Positions 45,780 to 58,122 of a stretch of DNA of 64,000 bases are shown here, piece after piece. How positions within the stretch are numbered: the first letter of the stretch is position 1; every line of letters begins with the position of its first letter. Source of the DNA: Pachysolen tannophilus NRRL Y-2460 (Eukaryota); contig KV454016.1 in assembly GCA_001661245.1 (NCBI GenBank), positions 668,648-732,647 of the forward strand, read 5' to 3'. The notes beneath the pieces are model-generated. The model ran no database searches and was not told the origin of the DNA. It saw nothing but the letters and a program-made list of their open reading frames with translations. Position numbers and translations under genes: made by a program.

Positions 45780-48182
45780 ATGACTTATCCGATTAATCAG
45801 TTGGAAGAGGAAGGACAAGAAGAGAGTTTTTATGAGCTGGAGTTTTTGGCGTTGGCGTTAGCGTTAGAAGAAGAAGAAGAAGAAATTCTAGCGGTACTGG
45901 TTCCAGGGCTGGTACAAGCACCACCAGCCCTGGTGCAGGCACCGGCGCCGCCGTTATTGCTGTCACATTCAGTTGAAAATTCTTCACCAACTTTAATTTT
46001 CAAAAGATCATCAGCTTCTACTTCATCATGTACAGATTCACAACTTTGTGAAAAACCTTCGGATGCTTTATCGAGTACGGCAACTATTGCATGTGCTGTT
46101 GTGATACCAATAGTAGTTTTTCTTATATTTATTAGTTATTTTGTATGGAGAAATTATAGGAAAGGGAAAGAAGAAGCTTTGGATGATGACAACCCAGATT
46201 ATAACGGTGAAAATACAATATTACCGGATGATTCAGTACAATATTATCATAATGCAGATGAACATAAAAGGTTTATTAATGGAGATGCAAACCCATTCAT
46301 GGATAATAAGCTGGGGATCAGGTATCCTTCAAATGTTTACCTTAATTACTCAATGGGTAATATAACACCAAACACTTCAAGTACAATTTTAAATACAGAA
46401 GATAAATCAATTTGTTCACCATCTTCAAATCCAACTTTAAGAACTGATCATCAAAGAATTTTTCAACCATCAATTGTATTACCTTATAGTTCACAAACTT
46501 TTTCAAAAAAATCATTGAACGAATTTGCAAGAGATTCTGGATCAGATTTTCAAGCATATGGTCTTGCAAATTCAAATTCAAGACCTACATCAAGAACACA
46601 ATCTCGTACTTCATCATTCACAAATTCTGGTACAACATCACCATATAGATCAACTTTTGCTAAATCAAACGAGTTATTGGGTTCATTGGGTATCACTAAA
46701 TCAACATTATCAAATGTTTTTAATGCAGATGTTGATGCCGCTAATGTTCATGATGAACACGAGTTGAAAAATCTTGACAAACTTTCAGTCACAAATGAAA
46801 AATCTGAAGGAAATGATGGAAATGACGGAAATGACGGAAATGATGTTGATAGCGATGATGAACAAGACACAAGTGGAGAATCACAAGGTCAAGAAAAAGA
46901 TTTCTTACTGTCATCTTCAGTACAAGAACAATCTCAAGAACTGGATGATATTGATGCTCTCAATAGAGATTCACTTGTTCTTGAAAAAGGGTTAAAAAGT
47001 TTATATCAGACTCATCAAGAACAATTGGAATCCCCTGATAATAACGGCACTGGCAATGGAAATGCCAACGGCAACAGTAACAGTAACAGTAACAGTAACG
47101 GAAACGGAAACGGAAACGTTGATGACGAAGTTAACGGTGAAGATGAAGATGATGAAAATTTGTCCTCAGAACAAAGAGAGCAAATTCGTAGAATGAAATC
47201 GGTTTATAAAGTTTATTTTGATCGTGAAAATTCCGTAAAACAAAAGAAGGAAGACCCAACGAAAAACGTTGAGTTACCTCCATTGCCAACATTACCATTA
47301 TCTGATGTGACATCTCTGCAAGAGCAACAACCGCAACAGCAGCAGCAACAAGAACAGGATGTTGAAGAGAGTAACCATGCTACCAACCGCGGATTGGCTA
47401 TAAACACAGAGTTTGATAGAAAATATGCTTCTTCAATCTATCCAGAAAACCCATTGTTACAATACGAAAATAATCAATACCTTCCTCTGCAACCAGTAGC
47501 ATCACAACATGCACTTCAACATCAACCACATATGTTATCCCCAGAACAAAGGCAGTATGCTCATTTCCAACAAATGCCACAACAACCACAACAACTGCAT
47601 CCAGTATATTATCCGTATCCTGCTCAACAGCAAAGAGTACCGCCATATGCTTATCCACCACCTGTGGCTCGTATACAGCAACAGTCAAAGTCATTAGAGC
47701 AACTTCCATCACCAACAGGATTGAAATCACGTCCTTATTCTTCAACAAATTTTTACACCGAATATCAGCCATCTTCTACTTTTAAACCTGTATCATCGCC
47801 AAAAATCGCAGTGAATGGATTCCACCCAATGGATCAATGGTCGAATGATCCTGATAGTGAAACATTATCCACTAAAAATGGAGCACCAACACCAACAGCA
47901 TTAACGAGAAAATCAGTTGTTATGACAAATCCTACTATTATTGGTAAATCGAGGGCCTATAAACCTGCTGGTTCATTAGCTTCTGCTGCAAATCAGTATA
48001 TGAGCAATCAGCAGCAAATACAGCAACAACAACAGCAACCGTACTATAACGGAGATATGGGAATACCTGCTGATGCTCAACAAGGTGGCGGCTACCTCAG
48101 TCCTGTTATGGAGAATAGTTTTACAGGAGGATTTGAAAATTACCCATCAACTGAAACAAAGCATTCAGCTCCTAGAAGATAA
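45780..48182 (+). CDS. SKG6: Skg6/Tos2-family single-pass polarity membrane protein
   Basis: C...QLCEKP then a TM helix (IACAVVIPIVV), W..YRK..KE, IRRMKSVYKVYFDR; adjacent to IMP3; start uncertain. Confidence 0.75.
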   Translation: MTYPINQLEEEGQEESFYELEFLALALALEEEEEEILAVLVPGLVQAPPALVQAPAPPLLLSHSVENSSPTLIFKRSSASTSSCTDSQLCEKPSDALSSTATIACAVVIPIVVFLIFISYFVWRNYRKGKEEALDDDNPDYNGENTILPDDSVQYYHNADEHKRFINGDANPFMDNKLGIRYPSNVYLNYSMGNITPNTSSTILNTEDKSICSPSSNPTLRTDHQRIFQPSIVLPYSSQTFSKKSLNEFARDSGSDFQAYGLANSNSRPTSRTQSRTSSFTNSGTTSPYRSTFAKSNELLGSLGITKSTLSNVFNADVDAANVHDEHELKNLDKLSVTNEKSEGNDGNDGNDGNDVDSDDEQDTSGESQGQEKDFLLSSSVQEQSQELDDIDALNRDSLVLEKGLKSLYQTHQEQLESPDNNGTGNGNANGNSNSNSNSNGNGNGNVDDEVNGEDEDDENLSSEQREQIRRMKSVYKVYFDRENSVKQKKEDPTKNVELPPLPTLPLSDVTSLQEQQPQQQQQQEQDVEESNHATNRGLAINTEFDRKYASSIYPENPLLQYENNQYLPLQPVASQHALQHQPHMLSPEQRQYAHFQQMPQQPQQLHPVYYPYPAQQQRVPPYAYPPPVARIQQQSKSLEQLPSPTGLKSRPYSSTNFYTEYQPSSTFKPVSSPKIAVNGFHPMDQWSNDPDSETLSTKNGAPTPTALTRKSVVMTNPTIIGKSRAYKPAGSLASAANQYMSNQQQIQQQQQQPYYNGDMGIPADAQQGGGYLSPVMENSFTGGFENYPSTETKHSAPRR

Positions 48183-48557
48183 ACTTAAAAAATCATAGGA
48201 GGGGCTAAAAATTAATTCAAATGCTTAATAGCATATTGATTTTATTAAAAAGCATTTATACAGTGGAAAAAAAAAAAAAAAAGAATTAAAAGAATTAAAA
48301 TTGAATTTAGAATCCATATTATCAGAGTGTCTGCATATTTTTTTTTATATATAGTTTTTGTCAAGTTTTCATTATATCTTTATTTTTGTTGTCAATTTTT
48401 TCTTTTCTTCTTTTCTTCTTTTTTTTTTCCTTATTTCTTGATTTATTTACTCATTGACAATTAGTTTTGATTTACACCAACGTTTAGAATGTGTGCCATT
48501 GCAAATACCAAAAGACTTTTATTTATTTTTTTTTTATTATTTTTGTAAAAATTATGA

Positions 48558-49109
48558 TTACGATAAATCATAATCATCAATTTTATTTTTATATTTTAAT
48601 ATGTTTCTCTTTATCTTACTACTATCAACCCATGTGAGATAATCTTCTAAATTTCTTGTCACGATATATGCTGGATCTGTGATAACATTAGGACCAACTC
48701 TTACATGACCTTGTTCTATAAATTTAATTGCATCACTTATAGTTTCAGCCATTTTTAAACGACACATAACAACACCAATTCTACGTCTGCATATAGCACT
48801 TACAGTTACTTTATTTTCTAAATCTGAAACTTTTGATTTTGTAGATATTACTCCAACACTGTAAAGTTTTTCCAACAATAGTTGTTCATGCTTAATTCTA
48901 AAAGGATCATTTGGCTGTAATAATGCTAATCTATGAGCCAACTTCCTTATATCCCCACATATCTTATTGTATTTATGATAATCTTCTCTATTCTGTATAT
49001 GATATGTTCTCATCACTTGTGTATCTCTATGACCTTGGTCCTGCTTCCAATCAAGAAAGTCAACCTTCTTAAGCAACTTCTGCTCATGATGCTTCAATTT
49101 TCTAACCAT
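48558..49109 (-). CDS. IMP3: U3 snoRNP protein Imp3 (S4 domain)
   Basis: [28 protein letters not shown]. Confidence 0.98.
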   Translation of the reverse strand: MVRKLKHHEQKLLKKVDFLDWKQDQGHRDTQVMRTYHIQNREDYHKYNKICGDIRKLAHRLALLQPNDPFRIKHEQLLLEKLYSVGVISTKSKVSDLENKVTVSAICRRRIGVVMCRLKMAETISDAIKFIEQGHVRVGPNVITDPAYIVTRNLEDYLTWVDSSKIKRNILKYKNKIDDYDLS

Positions 49110-49198
49110 CTTCTATTACTTTTTTTCAAAAACTTGTTATTTCCACTATACTAAACACAATCTCTATCAATATCTCTTTATAATAATTATACAAAAAG

Positions 49199-49356
49199 TG
49201 AAAAATTTTATATATATCTATAAAGAAAAAAAAAAATTTCTTCTTTTGGCCCTGAAAAAATATTATAAAAAATTTAGGTCGTGTACTTTGAACCACAACT
49301 TGCCAAATCAAGCATAAAGGAAGGCCGCCCTCGTTTTTTGATCCAAGCGATGAGCT
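49199..49356. promoter_or_regulatory. RRPE and PAC elements upstream of IMP3
   Basis: TGAAAAATTTT at 49199-49209 and GCGATGAGCT at 49347-49356. Confidence 0.8.
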
Positions 49357-50176
49357 CCAATTACTTTACCATACCATTTAACTAACCACTAACCATTTAC
49401 AATTTACAATTTAGTGTTTATTACCTATCTTGGAAAACAACAGGCCAGCCAGCTTTTAAGATATAGGTTTTGGAATGGTGTCATTACAAGGACCATAAGG
49501 ACCATAACCCAGACCCAATTAAATTCATCAAAACTCCTGTTCTGAGTGAAAAAATCCCCGTTCTGAGGGGAAAAGTATTCTGAGGACTAATTAACTATTA
49601 TCCACAACAATAATTAATTTTAACTTTTTTTTTCTTTTTTCTTTTTTTGGGCTTTTTGTTTCTCTCTCTCCCCTGTTTTCTTTTATTTCTTCTTTTATTT
49701 TTTTCCCTTTTCCTCCTTTCCTTTTCCTTTTCCTTCTCCTTTAACTAACTAGGCTAATGACAAAATGACCTTTAAAAAAAAAGGGCTAAGCAATTAGGCG
49801 AGGTTACACGAACACTCACTTTCTCGAAATATTTATAGTAAAAATTAAAGTGCGTAACTCCTGCGCTTCGTTGGCACTGTGAATAAGTTCCATACATAAT
49901 ATACATATTTATATTCATATTCATATATTTATATTTTATATTTTATATTTATATTAAAATAAATATATTATCATCTTTGAAATTATTAAAGTCTCTCTTT
50001 ATATATATATATGTACATATTTTTATATGTCTAAGGAGGCAGAGACAAGAAACTTTTTCTTTTTTTTCTTCTTTTTCTTTTTCTATTTCTAATTCTAATT
50101 CTATTCTTTTTATAAAAAGCTATATTTAAGTTAAGTTTGCTCGGAAAAAAAAAAAAAAAAAAAGTAAGTTTTTTTA

Positions 50177-50508
50177 NNNNNNNNNNNNNNNNNNNNNNNN
50201 NNNNNNNNNNNNNNNNNNNNNNNNNNNNNNNNNNNNNNNNNNNNNNNNNNNNNNNNNNNNNNNNNNNNNNNNNNNNNNNNNNNNNNNNNNNNNNNNNNNN
50301 NNNNNNNNNNNNNNNNNNNNNNNNNNNNNNNNNNNNNNNNNNNNNNNNNNNNNNNNNNNNNNNNNNNNNNNNNNNNNNNNNNNNNNNNNNNNNNNNNNNN
50401 NNNNNNNNNNNNNNNNNNNNNNNNNNNNNNNNNNNNNNNNNNNNNNNNNNNNNNNNNNNNNNNNNNNNNNNNNNNNNNNNNNNNNNNNNNNNNNNNNNNN
50501 NNNNNNNN
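50177..50508. other. Assembly gap
   Basis: N bases. Confidence 1.
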
Positions 50509-50516
50509 TATATATA

Positions 50517-50548
<32 letters not shown>

Positions 50549-50621
50549 AATATATTTTTTTTTTGTCTTTTAAAAATAATAACCATCATATATATTTTAG
50601 ACAAATAGACATATATACTAT

Positions 50622-52427
50622 ATGGTAATTATGCGAGTTATTTCAATTGTATTTTTTTTAATTTTTTTAATTTCGTCTTTGGAATTGGCTTCATGTGCTC
50701 TTTCATTTTTACCGAGGGATGCTAATAGGGATGGTAAAGGTGTTATTAAGATTCTGTTTGATGTTCACAGGGGGAACTCTTTTCAAGATGCTGCAATAAC
50801 TAAACGTCATCATTTGTCCAAGAGGAGTAATTCGGATGGGACGGTTAATGCTACAATTGTTAATGAAGAAAGTTATTATATGGCCAATCTTTCAATTGGA
50901 TCTGATAGTCAAAATGTTGGTGTATTGATTGATACAGGTTCTTCGGATTTATGGGTTATGAGTAGTAGTAATCCATATTGTGAATCTTCTACAACAAGTG
51001 ATGCTGTAAAGGAAAAATTAGTTAAAAGATTATTACTGAAACGTAGTCCAACAAAACAAAAACTGATTACTCAAGATAGTGGATATTTTAGGGATAGTAA
51101 TAAATTCCAATTGGATACAACTTCTGCATCTTTTTATAATTTAGAAGGAAAAGATGATGGTGGTAGTGGTGATACTACTGAAACAAGTATATCTGCAAGT
51201 CCATCAGCAACAATGGATTGTGACTTGTATGGAACTTTTGATGAATCAAAATCTGATACTTTCCATTCAAATGGTACGGATTTTTTGGTTCAATATGCAG
51301 ATTATACTTATGCTTCAGGTACTTGGGCATATGATAATGTAGTTATTGCTGGAGCAAATGTTACAGATTTATCCTTTGCAGTGGCTAATGAATCAAATTC
51401 TTCTATTGGAGTTTTAGGTATAGGATTTGAACAATTGGAAACAACTTATGCATCAAGTACAACTATTGAATCTTATACTTATGCAAATATGCCTGCAAAG
51501 ATGGTTGAATTGGGAATCATTTATAAAAATGCTTATTCCTTATATTTGAATGATAGTGAGGCAACAAGTGGAACAATCTTATTTGGAGGTGTTGATCATG
51601 ATAAATATACTGGCTCTTTAGAAACTGTTGAAATTGTTAATACTTATGCTTCCGAAGGTTTTACAAGCCCAATTACATTGGCTGTGACATTATCATCAAT
51701 CACAGTTAATGGCTCAACTGTCACTGATACTTTGGCTCCTGCTTTATTAGATTCAGGTACAACATCATTTTATGCTCCTGCAAATGTTATGGAATCATTA
51801 TCTGAACTGTTGGGTGGTACTTATTCTAGTGATATTGGTTACTACACAAGAGATTGTGTTAGTGAAGATGATGACACTCAAATTACACTTGATTTTACAG
51901 GAGCCAAAATTAATGCCTCATTATATAATTTACAAGTGTCAATTTCAAGTTCCGATGATGGATATGAAGATTCATCAAGTAGTAGTACTACTAGTACTTG
52001 TGCTATTGGAATATTCGATTCTGGTGATGATAGTTATATCCTTGGTGATTCTTTCTTAAGATCTGCATACGTTGTATTTGATTTGGATGATTATCAAATT
52101 TCACTTGCACAAGCTAATTTAAACTCAACAAGTGAAGATATTGATGTTATTTCTTCAACTGTGCCATCCGCTACAACAGCTCCAGACTATAGTAGCACAT
52201 GGTCGGCAACTAGCGGAAGTAACGCATACACAACTGATGATCCTTTAGAAGGGGGAGGTGGTATCAGTGGAGAAGAGAGTACTAGTTATTCAACTTCTGA
52301 AACTACAGAAACTTCTGGTTCAGGTGGAAGTTCAAAGAGTTCTGCTAGTAAAATGGCTTCAGGAACTACTATAAAAGTTATCACAGCTTTCTTTGGATTT
52401 GTTTGTGTTGCTTTGCTTTTACTTTGA
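50622..52427 (+). CDS. GPI-anchored aspartyl protease (yapsin), copy 1
   Basis: Signal peptide, KR propeptide, DTGSSDLWV and LLDSGTT catalytic motifs, ILGDSFLRSAYVVFDL, S/T stalk and hydrophobic tail. Confidence 0.95.
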   Translation: MVIMRVISIVFFLIFLISSLELASCALSFLPRDANRDGKGVIKILFDVHRGNSFQDAAITKRHHLSKRSNSDGTVNATIVNEESYYMANLSIGSDSQNVGVLIDTGSSDLWVMSSSNPYCESSTTSDAVKEKLVKRLLLKRSPTKQKLITQDSGYFRDSNKFQLDTTSASFYNLEGKDDGGSGDTTETSISASPSATMDCDLYGTFDESKSDTFHSNGTDFLVQYADYTYASGTWAYDNVVIAGANVTDLSFAVANESNSSIGVLGIGFEQLETTYASSTTIESYTYANMPAKMVELGIIYKNAYSLYLNDSEATSGTILFGGVDHDKYTGSLETVEIVNTYASEGFTSPITLAVTLSSITVNGSTVTDTLAPALLDSGTTSFYAPANVMESLSELLGGTYSSDIGYYTRDCVSEDDDTQITLDFTGAKINASLYNLQVSISSSDDGYEDSSSSSTTSTCAIGIFDSGDDSYILGDSFLRSAYVVFDLDDYQISLAQANLNSTSEDIDVISSTVPSATTAPDYSSTWSATSGSNAYTTDDPLEGGGGISGEESTSYSTSETTETSGSGGSSKSSASKMASGTTIKVITAFFGFVCVALLLL

Positions 52428-53102
52428 ACGAAAAAAAAATCCCCTTTTAATTTCTTCTTTTTTTTTTTTTTTTTTTTTTTTCTTTTCTTTTCTCACTGCA
52501 CTGAAAATGGAAACTATAAGGTCCTTCCTTTCATTAAAACAAAAATAGAATTTTTTACATTACAAAAGATTACTTTGTATGATTAACTTTTTTTGTTTTT
52601 TTCTTTTCCTTTTTTTTTTTATTTGACCTTTTTCTTCGTCTACATACATTTTATAAAAAGATACTTTCATTCAAATATTCAGTTTTATAATTATACTGGT
52701 TAAAAAAATGATAAAAGTTATTATTATAATTTTAAAGTAAATTATTTAAAATGAATTAACCGAACCCCCTTTAGTCACATGATCAAATGTTGGTATTAAA
52801 GAAAAAGAAGTAAAACATGCATAAATTTGCATAATTATCACTTTTCCCCTTTTTTTTGAACTGTTAAAAAAGATATCTTTTAATCATAAATCAATCAGTA
52901 CAAGATGAAATGAGAACAGAATATAAATCTTTAATGTAAGTGTGATTATCTTTCTTATATATACTGTAATTTTTCTTTTATTTGACTTTTTTTTCGTAGT
53001 TAATTTAATTGTAATGTTTCCACAATTGTATTTTCGCTTTTATTCATCTTGAAAATTTAATTAAATTCAACAGAGTGTTAATCAATTCTTATAATTTAAA
53101 TA

Positions 53103-54761
53103 ATGAGATTTTTAAAAAATAATAACATGAACATACTGTTTATCTTATTGTTTATTTCTCGTGCTTCATGTGAAGAGCAAATTTTGCCTGATGAGAGTTT
53201 AGCAATAGTGCCTAGAATTGATTTTAACGTTTATAGAGGTAATAGCATATTAGATTCTCATAAAGAAAGGAAACCACAACTTTTGAAAAGAGATGGTGTT
53301 AAGGTGACATTAGAGAATGCTCAAACTTTTTATTTGGTGAATTTAAAAATCGGTTCCAATAAGCAAAGTGTAGATGTTTTAGTTGATACTGGATCATCAG
53401 ATTTATGGGTGATGGGTTCAAACAATCCATATTGTTCATCTTCATCTTTTTCCTTATCTAAAGAAATGATACCTAAATTACAAAATTTTACCAATACACA
53501 TTTAAAGATACCAGAACATGGTGATTCAAAATTGAGAACATTTTTACAAAAAGATTCTTTTCAATCTTCTGAAAATGGGATTAATTGTAGTGAGTTTGGG
53601 ACATTTAATAATAAAAATTCCAAAACTTTTAGATCCAATCAAACAGAATTTTTAATTCAATATGCTGATTATACTTTTTCATATGGAGAATGGGGTCATG
53701 ACGATGTTACAATTGGTGGAGTAAAAATTAATGATTTATCCTTTGCTGTGGCAAACCAAACAAATTCGTCAATAAGTGTATTAGGTATTGGACTTGAAGG
53801 TTTAGAGACAACTTATACAGCTGGGAAAAATTATCCAAATTCTTATACTTATGCAAATTTACCATCTAAGTTGGTTCAAAACAAGTTGATTTCTAAAAAA
53901 ATTTATTCCATATACTTGACAGGTTCATCTAATGGATCTATACTTTTTGGTGCTGTTGATCATAAGAAATATATTGGAACTTTAACTACATTACCTGTGA
54001 TTAACACTTTGGAAAGTGAAGGTTACTCCAAGCCAGTTAAATTAGAAATCATCTTAACAGGTATCACGTTAACAAGTAACACATCAGTGGGAGAAGAAAC
54101 AGTGGAGAATATTACATCAACAGCTTCTCCAGCTTTATTAGATACTGGAACAACGTTAACATACGTTCCTGTAGCAGTGATGGAAAAACTAGCTACAGCG
54201 TTAAATGCATCATTTTTACCCTCATTTGGATACTACGTCTTGGATTGTAGTGAAGATACAAATTATAAAAAAACCACTCAATATACAACAGTTGATTTCA
54301 AATTTTCAGGTGTTACAATAAAAGTTCCAATAACAGATTTATTAATCGAAGTTTTATCATTTGGATCCACAGCTTATTGTGCTGTGGGGACATTACCATC
54401 TGGGGACAATAACTACATTTTAGGAGATTCATTTCTAAAATCAGCTTACGTTGTCTACGACTTGGAAGAATTTCAAATTTCATTAGCACAATTTAATAAA
54501 AATTTTCAACCTGGAATCGAAAATATAGAAACAATTGAATCTTCTGTACCTTTGGCCACTTTAGCCACAGATTACTCAAATACTTGGAGCAAAACTGATA
54601 ATTCAAAACCCGCTCTTGCGAAAACTACAGCAACTTCTACAAAATCAGGCTCACAACTTAAAGATTCATCGGCAAACACAATCACAATTCTCAACAACAA
54701 AATTGAAGTTGGAATCTTTTTCACCATGGGCCTTGTACTAATAATAATCGTTACCTTATAG
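53103..54761 (+). CDS. GPI-anchored aspartyl protease (yapsin), copy 2
   Basis: DTGSSDLWV and LLDTGTT motifs, hydrophobic C-terminus; tandem paralog of copy 1. Confidence 0.95.
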   Translation: MRFLKNNNMNILFILLFISRASCEEQILPDESLAIVPRIDFNVYRGNSILDSHKERKPQLLKRDGVKVTLENAQTFYLVNLKIGSNKQSVDVLVDTGSSDLWVMGSNNPYCSSSSFSLSKEMIPKLQNFTNTHLKIPEHGDSKLRTFLQKDSFQSSENGINCSEFGTFNNKNSKTFRSNQTEFLIQYADYTFSYGEWGHDDVTIGGVKINDLSFAVANQTNSSISVLGIGLEGLETTYTAGKNYPNSYTYANLPSKLVQNKLISKKIYSIYLTGSSNGSILFGAVDHKKYIGTLTTLPVINTLESEGYSKPVKLEIILTGITLTSNTSVGEETVENITSTASPALLDTGTTLTYVPVAVMEKLATALNASFLPSFGYYVLDCSEDTNYKKTTQYTTVDFKFSGVTIKVPITDLLIEVLSFGSTAYCAVGTLPSGDNNYILGDSFLKSAYVVYDLEEFQISLAQFNKNFQPGIENIETIESSVPLATLATDYSNTWSKTDNSKPALAKTTATSTKSGSQLKDSSANTITILNNKIEVGIFFTMGLVLIIIVTL

Positions 54762-55338
54762 TACTACAACTTCCTCAGTATAATATGTATAGAGAGAGAA
54801 GAAGCAAAAAAAAAAAAATAAAAACATAGTCGTGTGAGCGCTAAGCAAAAGTTCAAATTAGGAAGCAAAAAATTGCATCGGCGTCTAATTGCACAAAACA
54901 GCGTTTGATCAAGAAAAGAAAGAGTACACCCACTTTATATAGTTTTGAATATTTGTAATAGTTGATATATAACATTTAAATAAATTAATTAAATAATTAA
55001 TTATTTATTTATTTTTGTTCTTTGTTTTTTCTTTTTTTTTTTAAAACGTATCATCAAAAAATAAGATATTATTGATTAAAGAGCGCTTGAGCTTTTTTTT
55101 TTTTTTTTAGATAAGGAAAGTTGTGAAGGCGGTAGAATCATATAAATTTGTTTTTTTAATCGTAATATAAAAACAGTTGTTTGGCCTAAAGATCAAACCC
55201 AAAACATATTATACAAATTATACAGACATAGACATAAGACATAGATATAAACAGACTTTTTAACTTGTAAATCAATATTAGAAGGATACGAAGTTAAAGT
55301 AAATTAGCAAATCAAGAGTTTTTTTTTTTTATTAAAAA

Positions 55339-57815
55339 ATGGATAGGTGAGTAAATTTCCATCATTGTTTTATCTTTTTTCTTTATTTAATTTTATTTTA
55401 ATTTAATTTATTTTGATTTTTAAAGATCATATTACTGACGATTTTTTGGTTATTATAATTGTTGCTTTTTTGCCTTTTTCTTTTTTAACCAATTTTTTTT
55501 TTTGATATAGTGTTAATCTGCCACTGATAACTTCAACGAGCAATAATAATGTGGAGGATGATCCTTTTGTCATTTTGCAATTTGGTGATGGACCGCAGCA
55601 GGATGTTATAATAGATTTCCAGCATAATATCAGTAACGCTATAATGGAACATGCGCAACGTATAAATTCAAGGAACAACGGCGAGTCGCCGCCATCTTCG
55701 TCGTTATCGTCGTTATCGTCGTCGGTGGCTCTGCTGGCTCTGCTGGCTTCTTTGGCACCACTGGCACCACTGTCTCCCCTGGTTCTGCTGGCTCTGCTGG
55801 TTCTGCTGGCTCTGCTGGCTTCTCTTGCTCTGTCAGCAGCTGGCAGTGGTAATGGCGGTGGTATTGGTAGCGGTATTGGTAGCGGTATAAATAGTAACAG
55901 CACTAGAAACAGCGATAGTGGTAGTGGTGGTGGTAGTAGAAGTAGCGGTAATGGCAGAAATAATGAGGCCCAGGGATCAATAACGACGCAGCAAAGACTG
56001 GAGAACAGCAATCAAGGAGTAAGAGGAATAGATCGGCCTGCGTTTGATGTTTCATCAGAAGGTGTTTACGGCGGCGCAAATGGAAATCATGGTAGTTTAT
56101 TGGATGATTTATTTCTGAATTATGAAGGTCATAATATTGATTCATCACTTCAAAATACTGGAGCTTCCACAAATAGAAATATTATCTTGACAGTTAACTA
56201 TGTTTATTCATCAGAAACAAGTGATGAGCTGCCGCAACCACAACCACAATCACAAGATATAAATTCTCAATCTTCAGTGGATGGTAATAGAGCTGCTTCT
56301 TTAATTTTACATGTTCCAGATGTTTCTAACGAGCAGGATGATTCAAGTTTACAATCTTTAATAAGATTTGCCACCATAATAGCGTTTAGAACAATTGCCA
56401 TGAATTTACAAAATAAAAATAGAGGTGTTAGTGAATCGACTTTTAAAACTTTACCAATAAAGAAATTATCAGAAATAAAAGATAAAAATTGTCCAATTTG
56501 TTACGATGAATTTTTAGAATATGTTAAAAAGAAAGAAGATGATGTAATCAAAGAAAATACAACTTCAAAAAAAAGGAAAAGAGAATGTGATGAAAATGAA
56601 GAAGAAACATCTTTGAAAGTTAGAAAGACAAATGGAGGTAGCACTGCTTTTAATGTGTCCAGTAATAGTACTCCAAAGCAGCCCGTATATACCCATGTCC
56701 CTGTAACCATGTCATGTGGGCATACTTTTGGACAAATTTGTTTACGTGAATGGTTGAAAGGAAATAATACATGTCCTCTTTGCCGTCACAAGATAAAAGA
56801 AACTAATGGGAATGGTCAAAATCAAGATGTAACTACAATGACTTTACCAAATTTAGCTGGTTTTTTAAGAGAAAATAGTAGAAATACTTCTTTGAACGGT
56901 GAAATTAATAGATTACCAATGTTGGTCATTTCAAATTTAGATGATCCAAATATCACGGCAGAAACTTTGAGAAATAATTTAAGAAACAGTTTAGCGAATG
57001 TACCAATAATTGTAACAAATGGGAATTTACCTATGAACAATATGCCACCTGACTTACATCCTACTAGCTCAAATTCTTCACCTTTGAGCTCAGAAATCAA
57101 TAGACAAAATGTTGGTGTTTCAGCAGGTAGACCAATTGGTAGAGGTCAAAGAGAAAATATTTTAAGACGTATCATTAATACCTTAACTGGGTCTATAACT
57201 GGTGGTAATTCAAATACCTCTAATAATACACTGAACACTGGCACAACTTCTTTTGCTACTCCACCACTACTGTCTTTGCCACTGCTGACCTCACAACTGC
57301 TGACATTGCAGCTGCTGTCGTCGCAACAACCACCGTCTTCAGCTTCGACACATCAAACCTCAAGAGCCTTTAGATATGCAAGAAGAATGGCACAGAATAA
57401 TTTGTCGTCATCATCAATGTCCCTGGAACAACAAAGGCAACAATCTTCTTCGTCGCCACTTAACTCTTTAAGATCAACCTTGTTTAACGTTTCACGTTCA
57501 ACAAGTAATGCTGTTCTTGTAAATAGAGATCCATTATTTCCAATAGGCGTTGCTAGTAGACGTACGGAAACTGGAGTTGAGACAGTAAATATTGATGGAA
57601 GTGAGAACTCAAATGATTATCTCAATTTAGAACATGATTTATTGTATGGTAGAAATGACAGTACCAGAGATACCCGCAATAGGAACAACAGCAACAGTAA
57701 TAGTAATAGAGATAATAGTGGCCAGAGAAATGTTAATAGTCGGGAGGAACGTGCTGCAGGCAGAAGATTTCGAGAAAGACGAAGAAACACTAACCAAGAA
57801 GGCCTGAATCACTAA
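55339..57815 (+). CDS. SAN1: San1-like RING ubiquitin ligase; exons 55339-55346 and 55511-57815
   Basis: Split RING CPICYDEF...HVPVTMSCGHTFGQICLREWL...TCPLCR, LFPIGVASRR; intron GTGAGT/TACTGAC/TAG supplies an ATG; next to a yapsin as with SAN1-MKC7. Confidence 0.85.
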
Positions 57816-58122
57816 AGATAATACAATTCCATATTAATTATTTAAGAAATTCTTCTTTTCAATGATGTAATCATTTTATTTTTTTATCATTTCATTTGAG
57901 TTTTTTTTTTTTTTTTTTACTTGTTATATGAGAACTAGTATTTATTCGTATTGAATGACGTTTTATTATTATTGCAAATAATACGATCCCTCATTTTTTC
58001 TATTTTTCATTTTTTTTTTTTTCATCTTATTGCGATAAGTGTCATTTTGCATCATATATTTACTCTAGTTATTATATATCCTTAAATACAAAGTAAGTAA
58101 AATCAAAACAGTTTTAAAAGTT

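Noticed and set aside
50164..50600. Possible 5' UTR intron upstream of yapsin copy 1 (GTAAGT...TAG)
   Set aside because: Spans an N gap and no convincing branch site is visible
55427..56011. 194-aa antisense ORF with (ASR)n and (PL)n repeats
   Set aside because: Shadow of the low-complexity SAN1 coding strand
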